This document shows, in pieces, positions 16,862 to 26,328 of a stretch of DNA of 64,000 nucleotides. The position numbers were made by a program, and so were the translations under genes. Positions within the stretch are counted from its first letter, which is position 1. Every line of letters starts with the position of its first letter. This DNA is from Methanomassiliicoccales archaeon (GTDB taxonomy: Archaea; Thermoplasmatota; Thermoplasmata; Methanomassiliicoccales; UBA472). The stretch is taken from NCBI GenBank assembly GCA_040765825.1, contig JAXGRO010000001.1, positions 46,483-110,482 on the forward strand, given 5' to 3'. The notes below the pieces were generated by a model. It had not been told where the DNA came from, did not search any database, and was given only the letters and a program-made list of their open reading frames with translations.

Positions 16862-18018
16862 ACCTCGGGGAGTTCGACAGGAAGCACATCTCCCCGGTCA
16901 AGGGAGCTATCACCGCCGCGGTGCACGCCGTGGTGTACCTGGCGATACCGTACATGGTGCTGACGTTCGTCCTGATCATGCTCGCCGGCCGGGATGGTCC
17001 GGCCATCGTGGAGGACCTGCTGAGGGAGATGCAGGCCCTGGTGATCGTCTTCGGCATCCTGCTCGCCGTACTGGGGTTCTTCAAGGGAGCGTACCCCAGG
17101 GGAAGCTATTCGCGATTCACCTTCGCCATAACCGCGTCGGTGCTGGTCATCGTGTACGTCTTCTCCCTGCTGCTGAATGGCCGCACCGAGGAGGTCATCG
17201 CCAGGGAGGCCTTCGAGCTGGACCTGTACTCGATTTTCGCGCTCTACTTCTTCCCGGCCCTGCTGGCGGTGCTGATGCAGTTCGGCGAGTTCGTCGATCA
17301 CCGCCGTCCCTTCCTGGAGAAGGAGGGCAAGGTGCCGGCCATGGAGAGGGAGGACCCCGATGGCCATCGCTTCTACCATGACTTCCGGCCCAGGTACGGC
17401 TCCCTGTTCAACGGCTTGAAGCTGGCCAGGAGCACCCTGGTCGGTTTCGTGATCATTCCCCTGGTCATACTGATCCTTCTCCAGGCAGGGCTCTCATCCC
17501 TGAACGTGGAGGAGGTGGACTCCATGGTCTCCAACCTGGACGACATCAGCTCCTACATGGTCCTGCTCGGGGTCCCCATGTCCGCCCTGGCCTTCTTCAA
17601 GGGGTTCTACCCCAAGGGTTCCGTCTCCCGCTTCATCCCGGCCGTGGCCATGGTCCTCATCGCCCTGTACTGGATATGGCTGCTGGGCATGGGAGGGCAG
17701 TTCGTCTTCGATTCGATAGAGGAGATATCCATCGAGCTGGACTTCTCCGGCCTGCTCCTGCTGATAATGGCCGGAACGGCCATCTGGATAGTTTACTACG
17801 TCCTGGAGCTGCTGCTCTATCGCAGGGAATGGAGGGAGGCGGGCTTCCCCAAGGACCTGCGGTCCCAGGAGAGCCGCAGGGAACGGAAGCTCAGGAAGGC
17901 CGAGGCCGTACTGGCGGCCGAGAAGAAGCGGACGGAGGACGCACAGGACGCCGAGGAAGCTCCGGAGAACTCCAAGGAGGAGGCCGCCACCCCGGATCAG
18001 GAGAGCAGGGAGGCGTAG
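16858..18018 (+). CDS. Polytopic membrane protein with internal duplication and charged C-terminal tail, unknown function
   Basis: ATG 16858 overlaps the upstream stop (ATGA). LGFFKGAYPRGSYSRF and LAFFKGFYPKGSVSRF lie ~172 aa apart, each inside a multi-TM module. The tail is Lys/Glu/Arg-rich and the gene ends in TAG. Confidence 0.75.
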   Translation: MNLGEFDRKHISPVKGAITAAVHAVVYLAIPYMVLTFVLIMLAGRDGPAIVEDLLREMQALVIVFGILLAVLGFFKGAYPRGSYSRFTFAITASVLVIVYVFSLLLNGRTEEVIAREAFELDLYSIFALYFFPALLAVLMQFGEFVDHRRPFLEKEGKVPAMEREDPDGHRFYHDFRPRYGSLFNGLKLARSTLVGFVIIPLVILILLQAGLSSLNVEEVDSMVSNLDDISSYMVLLGVPMSALAFFKGFYPKGSVSRFIPAVAMVLIALYWIWLLGMGGQFVFDSIEEISIELDFSGLLLLIMAGTAIWIVYYVLELLLYRREWREAGFPKDLRSQESRRERKLRKAEAVLAAEKKRTEDAQDAEEAPENSKEEAATPDQESREA

Positions 18019-19232
18019 AAGTCCAATATCTGGGACATCACCGTGTCCGGGTGGTAGCGTTTCAGGACCTCCTCCCCGGCCATGACCGTCCTCTCCCGGA
18101 GGCCGGGATCGTCCATCAGAAGTTCGAGCTTCTTCGCCAGGTCGAAATGGTCCCCGTTGCGGAAGGGGATCCCGGCGGCGCCGAGTATGCTGGCCGATGA
18201 GCCGCTGTCCGAGACGACCATGGGCAGATGATAGGAGAGGGCCTCGAGTATGGTGCGCGGGAACGGTTCTGGCCAGAGGGCCGGATGGACGAAAATGTCG
18301 GCCATGCCGTAGTAGCGCCCGGTCTCCTCCTTCTCCATGAACCCGGTGAATATGACCCTCCCCTCCAGGCCCAGCTGGTCCACCAGCCTTTTCAGCTGGG
18401 GCTCGTAGTCGCCCTTGCCCACCAGATACAGGATGCTGCCATCATGCAGCTCGGCGAAGGCCTTTATTAGCACCTGCAGGCCCTTCTCCACCTCCAGCCT
18501 TCCCACGTAGAGGATGATCTTCTTGTGCTTTGAGTCCTCCGGCCTTTCCGCGACGGAGCTGAGGCCGGGATCGAACATGTTGGGGATCAACCGTATGCGC
18601 TGGGCTTGATATCCTGCGTCGAGATAGCACTGCCGGGTGGCCTCGGACAGGGCGATGTAACCATCGGCCTTCCGGGAGAGGCGGTGCAGCATCTCGAACT
18701 CCATCCAGTGTATGGGCATGAAGGCCCTCATCTTCAGGGGGCCGGGGCGGCGCAGGGAGCAGGAGAGGGTGTCCAGGGGGCCGCAGCCGGCGCATTCCCC
18801 CTCCACGTAGCGGCTGGGATTGGTGCATATGGGGGCCAGGTTGTTCAGGGTGGCGGTGACCTTCATCCCGTGCCTGCGGGCGTATCGCACCGCCGCGGGC
18901 AGCTGCTGAGTGTTGTAGACGTGGATGATGTCGCAATCCGGCCTTCGCTGTGATAGCTCCCTGAAGGCAAGGCGGTTCAGGCCCAGGAGGGTGCGGGAGG
19001 TGCGTAGGTAACGGGTCTCCCCCATCTCCCCCTTGCGCGCAGGCAGATGATCGCCATTGAAGGCCCAAACGTCCGTGGGCACCCCCCTGGCCCTCAGCCC
19101 CTCTACCAGCAGGCTGCAGCTGAAGGCGCAGCCTCCGGTGTAACGAGGAGGGAAATCCGGGGTGATGACCAGCACCTTGAACGGGGGGTGGTTGCCTTCC
19201 AGACGAACACCTTTCCAGGGGGTGATGTCCAT
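17997..19232 (-). CDS. Glycosyltransferase, GT4 (GT-B) family
   Basis: 411 aa. The C-terminal EPFPRTILEALSYHLPMVVSDSGS is the GT4 E-x7-E region. Its 3' end converges on and overlaps the previous gene by 22 nt. Confidence 0.85.
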   Translation of the reverse strand: MDITPWKGVRLEGNHPPFKVLVITPDFPPRYTGGCAFSCSLLVEGLRARGVPTDVWAFNGDHLPARKGEMGETRYLRTSRTLLGLNRLAFRELSQRRPDCDIIHVYNTQQLPAAVRYARRHGMKVTATLNNLAPICTNPSRYVEGECAGCGPLDTLSCSLRRPGPLKMRAFMPIHWMEFEMLHRLSRKADGYIALSEATRQCYLDAGYQAQRIRLIPNMFDPGLSSVAERPEDSKHKKIILYVGRLEVEKGLQVLIKAFAELHDGSILYLVGKGDYEPQLKRLVDQLGLEGRVIFTGFMEKEETGRYYGMADIFVHPALWPEPFPRTILEALSYHLPMVVSDSGSSASILGAAGIPFRNGDHFDLAKKLELLMDDPGLRERTVMAGEEVLKRYHPDTVMSQILDFYASLLS

Positions 19233-19267
19233 GCGATTAGGTAATTCTTTCCTCGGTCACTTCCGCG

Positions 19268-19293
19268 GCCCGCCTGGGCGGGCCTTATATAAT
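19268..19293 (+). promoter_or_regulatory. GC palindrome abutting TATA box of ugd
   Basis: GGCCCGCC-tg-GGCGGGCC (19268-19285) is immediately followed by ccttatataat (19283-19293). GAGGGAGGGG serves as the SD, and the ATG is at 19325. Confidence 0.35.
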
Positions 19294-19324
19294 CCGTCGC
19301 CGTTTTTGAGGGAGGGGCATTTCC

Positions 19325-20584
19325 ATGAGGGTTTCCATAATCGGTACGGGATACGTCGGGCTGGTCTCCGGGGTCTGCTTCGCGGAGCTGGGGCACCGGG
19401 TGGTGTGCGTGGACACCGTGAATGAGAAGGTGCAGGCCATCAACGCCGGCGAACCGCCGATATTCGAGGTGGGATTGGAGGAGATGCTGCGCCGGCACCT
19501 GTCCACAGGGGCCTTCAGGGCCACCACGGACTACCATGAGGTTCCATCCACGGACATCACCTTCCTCTGCGTGGGAACCCCCTCCAACTCGGACGGTTCG
19601 CTGGACCTCAGGTACCTGAGGATGGCCGCGGAGGGTCTGGGAAGGGCGCTGCGGGGGAAGGAGGGGAGGCATGTGGTGGTGGTCAAGAGCACGGTGCCCC
19701 CGAACACCACCCGTGACCTGGTCACCCCGCTGGTGCTGGGAGCCTCAGGCAGGAAGGCCGGGGAGATCGGCCTGGCCATGAACCCCGAGTTCCTGAAGGA
19801 GGGGGTGGCCGTGCAGGACTTCCTGCACCCGGACCGGGTGGTCATCGGGGCCTCCGACGACAGGACCTATCAGGACGTGGCCTCCCTCTACACCGGCGTG
19901 GACGCCCCGGTGCTGCGCACCGACGTCTCCACCGCGGAGATGATCAAGCTGGCCTCCAACGCCTTCCTGGCCGCCAGGATATCCCTGGTGAACGAGATGG
20001 GCAACCTGTGCAAGGCACTGGGCCTGGACTTCCGGGAGGTGGCCAGGGGCGTGGGCATGGACCCCAGGGTGGGCCCACTGTTCCTGAGGTCTGGATGCGG
20101 CTTCGGGGGCTCCTGCTTCCCCAAGGACGTCAAGTCCGTGAGGGCCCAGGCCCGCTCGCTGGGAGTCCCCACGGACATGCTGGACGCCACCCTGTCCGTG
20201 AACGAGAGGCAGCCCCGCCGCCTGGTGGAGCTGCTCGAGGGCAGGATGGAGGTGTACGGCCGCACCATCGCCGTCCTGGGGCTGGCTTTCAAGCCCGGCA
20301 CCGACGACATCCGGGAGGCCAGCTCCCTGACGGTGGTGGAGGATCTGCTACAGAAGGGGGCGATGGTGAGAGCCTACGACCCGCAGGCCATGCCCAACTT
20401 CCGGAAGGAGTTCCCCCAGCTGACCTACTGCCCCTCGGCCAGAGAATGCCTGGAGGGCGCGGACGCCGCCCTGATCGTCACCGAGTGGAAGGAGTTCGCC
20501 GACCCCGCGCTATACGGGAGCACGCTGGTGGTGGACGGAAGGGGCATAACAAAAACCAATAACTACGAAGGGATATGCTGGTAG
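19325..20584 (+). CDS. ugd: UDP-glucose/GDP-mannose 6-dehydrogenase family (UDP-glucose 6-dehydrogenase)
   Basis: It has IIGTGYVGLVSG Rossmann motif and the catalytic GGSCFPKDV. The stop is TAG, followed two codons later by TGA. Confidence 0.9.
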   Translation: MRVSIIGTGYVGLVSGVCFAELGHRVVCVDTVNEKVQAINAGEPPIFEVGLEEMLRRHLSTGAFRATTDYHEVPSTDITFLCVGTPSNSDGSLDLRYLRMAAEGLGRALRGKEGRHVVVVKSTVPPNTTRDLVTPLVLGASGRKAGEIGLAMNPEFLKEGVAVQDFLHPDRVVIGASDDRTYQDVASLYTGVDAPVLRTDVSTAEMIKLASNAFLAARISLVNEMGNLCKALGLDFREVARGVGMDPRVGPLFLRSGCGFGGSCFPKDVKSVRAQARSLGVPTDMLDATLSVNERQPRRLVELLEGRMEVYGRTIAVLGLAFKPGTDDIREASSLTVVEDLLQKGAMVRAYDPQAMPNFRKEFPQLTYCPSARECLEGADAALIVTEWKEFADPALYGSTLVVDGRGITKTNNYEGICW

Positions 20585-20586
20585 CC

Positions 20587-21456
20587 ATGAAGGCGGTCAT
20601 TCCTGCGGCGGGGTGGGGGGTGAGATTCCTCCCGCTCACCAAGGAGCAGCCCAAGGAGATGCTCCCGGTCATCGACAAGCCCGTCATCCAATATGTGGTG
20701 GAGGAGGCGGTGCGGGCAGGGATACAGGACATAATTATCATCACCGGTAGGCACAAGCGGACCATAGAGGACCACTTCGACCGGTCCTTCGAGCTGGAGA
20801 GCATACTGCGGAATGGCAACCGCAGGGACTACCTGGAGAGCATCCGCGGGCTCAACAACCTGGCCAATCTGCATTACATCCGGCAGAGGGAGCAGCGGGG
20901 GCTGGGGGACGCGGTGTACCACGCCAGGCACCATGTCGGTGACGAGCCGTTCGCGGTCATGCTTGGGGACACCATACACGTCTCCGAGGTGCCCGTGGTC
21001 AGGCAGCTCATGGACGTGCACGCCCGCACCGGGAGGTCGGTCATAGCCGCCGAGCGCGTCCCGGGGGAGAAGGTCAGGGACTACGGGGTCTTGGACGCGG
21101 TCAAGGTGTCCGACCGGCTGTACGAGATAAGGGACCTGGTGGAGAAGCCCCGGCCGGAGGAGGCCCCCTCGGACCTGTGCATCGCCGGAACCTACGTGCT
21201 GACCCCGGGCATCTTCGAGTGCCTGGAGAGGACCGAGCCCGGCTACAACGGCGAGGTGCAGCTCACCGACGCCCTGCGCCTGCTCCGGGAGAGGGAGGGC
21301 ATGATGGCCTGGGAGTTCTCCGGAAAGAGGTACGACATCGGGGACATCCCTGGCTGGCTGAACTCCCAGTTGGAACTGGCATTGCGGCACCCGGTCTACG
21401 GCCCGAAGCTGCGGGACCGGATTAGGGAGCTGAACGAGAGGGAGCACTTCCTCTGA
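20587..21456 (+). CDS. galU: UTP--glucose-1-phosphate uridylyltransferase
   Basis: MKAVIPAAGWGVRFLPLTKEQPKEMLPV is the canonical N-terminus. The start was trimmed to ATG 20587, 2 nt after the ugd stop. Confidence 0.9.
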   Translation: MKAVIPAAGWGVRFLPLTKEQPKEMLPVIDKPVIQYVVEEAVRAGIQDIIIITGRHKRTIEDHFDRSFELESILRNGNRRDYLESIRGLNNLANLHYIRQREQRGLGDAVYHARHHVGDEPFAVMLGDTIHVSEVPVVRQLMDVHARTGRSVIAAERVPGEKVRDYGVLDAVKVSDRLYEIRDLVEKPRPEEAPSDLCIAGTYVLTPGIFECLERTEPGYNGEVQLTDALRLLREREGMMAWEFSGKRYDIGDIPGWLNSQLELALRHPVYGPKLRDRIRELNEREHFL

Positions 21457-22283
21457 TCAGGCGGGGATGAGAAGCACCGGCCCGCTGGACCCCTTGACCA
21501 CCTCTTCGGAGGTCGATCCCAGGGTCGCCCCGCGCAGGTAGCTCTTGCCGGTGGTCCCCAGCATAATGAGGGTGGCCTCGGCCTCCCTGGCGGACTCCAG
21601 GATGTTGTAGGTGGAGGTTCCGAACCTCACGTAGGTATCCACCTGACAATCCCCTGTCTCCAGCTTGGAGCGGTGCTCCTCAAGCTTGCGGTTGACCTCC
21701 TGGAACCGGCGCTCGTCGGTGATGCTGTACCGTGAGGATTGCACACCACGTGCAGAAGCGTCACGCGTCTGGCCCCGGCGTCGATCAACTGCTGGACGTA
21801 GGGCATCATGTGCTTGGTGGCCTTCGAAAGGTCCAGGGTCACCAGCACGCTGTCCAGCAATCCGGGGGATTGCTCCACGAAGCCCACCGGGTCGCTGTCG
21901 GCCTCCATGGGGAACTTGTCCAGAAGCACCGGCAGCTTGGATCGCCGGATCACCGCCAGGGAGGTGCTGCCCACGAAGAACTCCCTGACCCTCCCCTTTC
22001 CGGAGGCGGCCATGGCGATCATGGTCGAGCCGTGGGCCTCCGCGGCCTTCAGGATGGCCGAGGCAGGGTCCTTGCGGACCTCGGTGACCACCCGGTGCTT
22101 CAGCCCTGATTCCCCAAGACGATCGTCGATGGCCTTGAGCAGCGGGTCCCTCTTGGAATGGTGCTCCAGGGCTGAGTAGAGGACCACCTCCCGGACGCCG
22201 TAGGAGGCCATGCGCGCGGCGGTGGTGGCCATCATCTGCGATTGCGGGGAAAGGTCCACGGGCACCAGCAGCTTCTCGAACAT
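21457..22283 (-). pseudogene. Tandem universal stress protein (2 x UspA domain) split by a frameshift
   Basis: Domain 1 and the start of domain 2 (MFEKLLVPVDLS...RVTLLHVV) are in the frame of ORF 21627..22469. The rest of domain 2 (YSITDERRFQEV...ATLIMLGTTGKSYLRGATLGSTSEEVVKGSSGPVLLIPA) is in ORF 21457..21744. The frames meet at gtggtgtgcaa (~21742-21746). Confidence 0.75.
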
Positions 22284-22413
22284 GTGAGCGTGCCTATAAC
22301 CCTGAGCGGGGGATATTATCCTTTTCCAGAAAAGCCCCGCCGTTCGCACTTTCGATGGATGGTCCGCAAGCTTGATGACCGGGTAACCGTTCATCGGTGG
22401 CTGTCGCCCTTCC

Positions 22414-23301
22414 ATGAGAACCGCCGCGCTGTCCGACCTGTCGCCCAAGACCGGGGCCCTGCTCACCACCCTGCTCTCCAGCCTGATGCTGGGGACCTCC
22501 TACGTGGCGGTCAAGATGCAGGTCGGCGGTGCCAACCCGTTCCTCCTGGGGGCGGCCATCATGGCCGTGGGCTCGGCCCTTCTGCTGGGATACCTGGTGT
22601 TCACCGGAGGCCTGGACCGGCGCATGCTCGGGCGCTGGGAGTTCTGGGCGGCCCCGCTGATCAACACCGGGGTGGTGGCCCCTTCCTACCTGGGCCTGAC
22701 CATGACCACCGCCTCCGCCGCCGGGCTCATAATCGGTACCAACGTGGTCTTCGTGGCCCTCTTCAGCAAGATACTGTTCAGGGAGAGCATGGGATGGCGC
22801 CGACTGCTGGGGATAGGGGTGGCATTGCTGGGACTGATCACCCTCACCACCCGCTGGGACCTGTCCGTGCTGCAGGGCTCCCAGCTAACCGGGAACCTGT
22901 TGGTGCTGCTCTCCTCGGCCTGCATAGGCGTCTCGGTGGTTACCTCGCGCATCGCCCTGCGCAGCATGTCCCCCGGGCAGTGGAGCCTGGGGCTGCACCT
23001 GTTCCTGCCGGCCACGCTCGTGGCCTTCTACTTCCTGATACCTCTGGAGGGGGGCTTCGGAACGGATGACCTGCCCGCGACCCTGTTCATCGGGGCGGTC
23101 TGCACCACCGTGCCCACGGTCCTCTGGACGTCCGCGCTGAAGCACATCAGCGTGGTCACCTCGGCCACCGTGCTCATGGTGGAATCGGCCTTCGCGGTGT
23201 TCCTGAGCTGGCTCCTGCTGGGGGAGGTCATGGACCTCTTCGTGATAGGCGGGGCGGTCATGATCTTCCTGGCCATATCGCTGCTGGCCAGGAACGATTG
23301 A
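22414..23301 (+). CDS. EamA/DMT-family transporter
   Basis: 295 aa with ten hydrophobic segments in two EamA-like halves. Confidence 0.85.
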   Translation: MRTAALSDLSPKTGALLTTLLSSLMLGTSYVAVKMQVGGANPFLLGAAIMAVGSALLLGYLVFTGGLDRRMLGRWEFWAAPLINTGVVAPSYLGLTMTTASAAGLIIGTNVVFVALFSKILFRESMGWRRLLGIGVALLGLITLTTRWDLSVLQGSQLTGNLLVLLSSACIGVSVVTSRIALRSMSPGQWSLGLHLFLPATLVAFYFLIPLEGGFGTDDLPATLFIGAVCTTVPTVLWTSALKHISVVTSATVLMVESAFAVFLSWLLLGEVMDLFVIGGAVMIFLAISLLARND

Positions 23302-23366
23302 TGGTGCATGGACTAACATAGAAGAAGTGTTTAAGGGGTTTGAGATCGGTCGGATGCAAGAAGCGC

Positions 23367-23429
23367 TCACTTCTTCTTCTTGTCATCCTTCTTCTTCTCA
23401 CCCTTAGCGCCGCACTTTCCGCAGGACAT
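23367..23429 (-). CDS. Candidate 20-aa Cys/Lys-rich micro-protein
   Basis: The peptide is MSCGKCGAKGEKKKDDKKKK with a TGA stop. A perfect GGAGGT (rc of 23435-23440) lies 5 nt upstream of the ATG. The TATA-like gattaatata (rc of 23479-23488) lies ~49 nt upstream. It sits in an AT-rich 400-bp spacer. Confidence 0.5.
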   Translation of the reverse strand: MSCGKCGAKGEKKKDDKKKK

Positions 23430-23708
23430 GTTCGACCTCCTATGGGGGCGACCCACGAGATAAGATTGGACCGCGACGTATATTAATCTAATCTTCCAAT
23501 CCGAATAAATGTTAAGAAAAGCATGAAAAAGTAACACGCATCGACTGGATTTGCTACGCCTCTGCGATTACCGCAGTTGATAAGGGATTCCCTGGATATC
23601 CCTGCAGATAAGTATGCTGGCTAGGTGTGATTATCAAAAATCAAAAGTGATTCTGAGGTCGCTCGGGTTATATACCCCGCTCTGCAGTTGTTGTCATAGG
23701 TGCGAAAC

Positions 23709-24065
23709 ATGCAGGTTCTGGAGACCTCAAGACTGTTGACCGAGGAATATTCGTCCAAGATACTGATGGCCACCATGGGCAGGGCCAAGAGCGCTTTCGA
23801 GCTAAGCGAGGCCTTGGGGATACCGATCGCCGCATGCTACCGCAAGATCAAGGTGCTGGAGGACGCGGGCTTCCTGCGCTGCAGCGAGAGGCGGCTTACG
23901 CAATCCGGGAAGCGCATGAGCATGTACAGGTCCAACGTGCGCAACGCCCACATAACCTTCGAGAGGAACCGCATCCGGGCCCACATCGAGATGGAGGACG
24001 GGAGCAGCACCGATGACAGCATGGACATAGATATCAGCATGACCTTCAGGGAGACCACCGCCTGA
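23709..24065 (+). CDS. Small wHTH (ArsR-like) regulator
   Basis: ATG 23709 lies ~33 nt downstream of ttatatac. The HTH is SAFELSEALGIPIAACYRKIKVLEDAGFL. It is a paralogue of the 57857..58330 product. A T8 run follows the stop. Confidence 0.7.
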   Translation: MQVLETSRLLTEEYSSKILMATMGRAKSAFELSEALGIPIAACYRKIKVLEDAGFLRCSERRLTQSGKRMSMYRSNVRNAHITFERNRIRAHIEMEDGSSTDDSMDIDISMTFRETTA

Positions 24066-24291
24066 GCGGCCTCCCTTCCCCCCTTTTTTTGATTCCTCAG
24101 AGGAATAGCAAATCCACCATTGGAATCGAACCACGCAATCAAATCGACAAAATCAGTAGTGACGGTGGCAAATTATAATTAATTCCGCCCTTCCTATGCG
24201 TTTTCCATAATCCTTATAACTTACATTACGGACATGGGACCGGCGAGAGGCCTAGTTCCGGCGGATGTCCGCCCACAGGAGGAAGCGGAGA

Positions 24292-26274
24292 ATGAGTGAC
24301 GGAAAGACCATCGAGAGCGTAATGGAAGAGGTTAGGCGGTTCCCGCCATCCAAGGAGTTCAGCGAGAAGGCGCACATCAAGAGCCTTGAGCAGTACAAGA
24401 AGATGTACAAGGAGTCAGTGGACGACCCGGAGAAGTTCTGGGGGAAGATGGCCACCGACGAGCTGCACTGGTTCGAGAGGTGGACCAACCTTCACAGCTG
24501 GGACAGGGAGAACGCCATCATAAAGTGGTTCGAGGGCGGCAAGCTTAACGTCTCCTACAACTGCCTGGACCGCCACCTGGAGAACGGGCGCAAGAACAAG
24601 GCGGCCATCATCTGGCAGGGTGAGAACGAGGATGATGTCCGGACTTTCACCTACCAGCAGCTGCACACCGAGGTCTGCCGTTTCGCCAACGTCCTCAAGT
24701 CCCACGGGGTGCAGAAGGGCGACCGGATATCCCTGTACCTGCCCATGATCCCCGAGCTGGCCATCGCCATGCTGGCCTGTACCAGGATCGGCGCCATTCA
24801 CAGCATCGTGTTCGGCGGCTTCAGCTCCGAGTCCCTGAAGGACCGCATCGCCGACTGCGGCTCGAAGATACTCATCACCGCCGATGGAAATCACCGCGGC
24901 AGCAAGTTCGTGCCGCTGAAGAGCAACGCGGACGTGGCCCTGGAGAAGGGGACTTCAATAGAGAAGGTCATCGTGGTCAAGCGCGCCGGGGCGGAATGCC
25001 CCATGGAGCCGGGCAGGGACATCTGGTGGCATGACGAGATGGCCAAGGCCGACCGCTCCTGCGAGCCGGTGTGGTGCGACGCCGAGGACCCCCTGTTCAT
25101 CCTCTACACCTCCGGCTCCACCGGGAAGCCGAAGGGCGTGGTGCACAGCACCGCCGGGTACCTGCTGGGGACCTGCATCACCTTCAAGAACATCTTCGAC
25201 TACCATGAGGATGACACCTACTGGTGCACCGCGGACATCGGCTGGATAACCGGCCACAGCTACATCGTCTACGGGCCGCTGTGCGCCGGCGCGACCACCC
25301 TCATGTTCGAGGGCATTCCCACCTACCCGCAGGTGGACCGCTTCTGGAACATCGTGGAGAAGTTCAAGGTGAACATCTTCTACACCGCCCCCACGGCCAT
25401 CCGCTCCCTGATGAGGGAGGGGGAGAAGTGGCCGCAGGGCCGCGACCTCTCGTCCCTGAGGGTGCTGGCCTCCGTGGGCGAGCCGATCAACCCCGAGGCC
25501 TGGATGTGGTACCACAAGTACGTGGGCAACGAGAAGTGCCCCATCATGGACACCTGGTGGCAGACCGAGACCGGCTCGATCCTGATCACCCCGCTGCCCG
25601 GGGCCATAACCACCAAGCCCGGTTCTGCGACGCTTCCGTTCTTCGGGGTATGCCCGGAGGTCGTCAAGGACGACGGGAGCAAGGCCGGGGTGAACGAGGG
25701 AGGATACCTTTGCATCACCAAGCCCTGGCCGTCCATAATGCGAACGGTCTGGGGGCAGCACGAGAGGTTCAAGGAGATCTACTGGGTCCGCTTCCCGGGA
25801 AAGTACTTCACCGGCGACTCGGCGCGCTGCGACGAGGAGGGCTACTACTGGATCATGGGTCGCGTGGACGACGTGATCAAGGTCTCCGGGCACCGCATAG
25901 GGGCCGCGGAGGTGGAGTCCGCTCTGGTCTCCCATCACAACGTGGCCGAGGCGGCGATCGTGCCCGTGCCGCACAGCATCAAGGGCGAGGCCATCTACGC
26001 CTTCGTGACCCTGAAGACCGGCATCGAGGAAACGGACCAGCTGCGCAAGGAGCTGGTGGCGCATGTGCGCCGGGAGGTCGGCCCCATCGCCACCCCCGAG
26101 GTCATCCAGTTCTGCCCGGGCATGCCCAAGACCCGCAGCGGCAAGATCATGCGGCGCATCCTGAGGAAGGTGGCCACGGGAACCGCGGAAGAGCTCGGGG
26201 ACACATCGACCCTGGCCGACCCCGGTATCCTGGACATCCTTATTCAGGGAAGCCGGGCGCTGCACAAGAAGTGA
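24292..26274 (+). CDS. acs: Acetyl-CoA synthetase (AMP-forming)
   Basis: It has the [19 protein letters not shown] and SGKIMRR motifs. The start was trimmed to ATG 24292, which is preceded by GGAGGAAGCGGAG. Confidence 0.95.
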   Translation: MSDGKTIESVMEEVRRFPPSKEFSEKAHIKSLEQYKKMYKESVDDPEKFWGKMATDELHWFERWTNLHSWDRENAIIKWFEGGKLNVSYNCLDRHLENGRKNKAAIIWQGENEDDVRTFTYQQLHTEVCRFANVLKSHGVQKGDRISLYLPMIPELAIAMLACTRIGAIHSIVFGGFSSESLKDRIADCGSKILITADGNHRGSKFVPLKSNADVALEKGTSIEKVIVVKRAGAECPMEPGRDIWWHDEMAKADRSCEPVWCDAEDPLFILYTSGSTGKPKGVVHSTAGYLLGTCITFKNIFDYHEDDTYWCTADIGWITGHSYIVYGPLCAGATTLMFEGIPTYPQVDRFWNIVEKFKVNIFYTAPTAIRSLMREGEKWPQGRDLSSLRVLASVGEPINPEAWMWYHKYVGNEKCPIMDTWWQTETGSILITPLPGAITTKPGSATLPFFGVCPEVVKDDGSKAGVNEGGYLCITKPWPSIMRTVWGQHERFKEIYWVRFPGKYFTGDSARCDEEGYYWIMGRVDDVIKVSGHRIGAAEVESALVSHHNVAEAAIVPVPHSIKGEAIYAFVTLKTGIEETDQLRKELVAHVRREVGPIATPEVIQFCPGMPKTRSGKIMRRILRKVATGTAEELGDTSTLADPGILDILIQGSRALHKK

Positions 26275-26282
26275 AACCGCAA

Positions 26283-26320
26283 GGGCGGCCGCAAGGCCGT
26301 CCCTCCATCTTTCCTTTTTT
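26283..26320. terminator. Bidirectional hairpin plus T-run between convergent acs and flippase genes
   Basis: The hairpin is GGGCGGCC-GCAA-GGCCGTCC, an 8-bp stem with one G.U and a GNRA loop. It is followed by ctccatctttcctttttt. Confidence 0.5.
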
Positions 26321-26328
26321 CCGGAGCA

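Noticed and set aside
24122-24132. tRNA T-loop-like GGTTCGATTCC on the minus strand (possible tRNA fragment or att site)
   Set aside because: The flanks do not fold into a T stem or cloverleaf. No integrase or direct repeat partner is present in the window.
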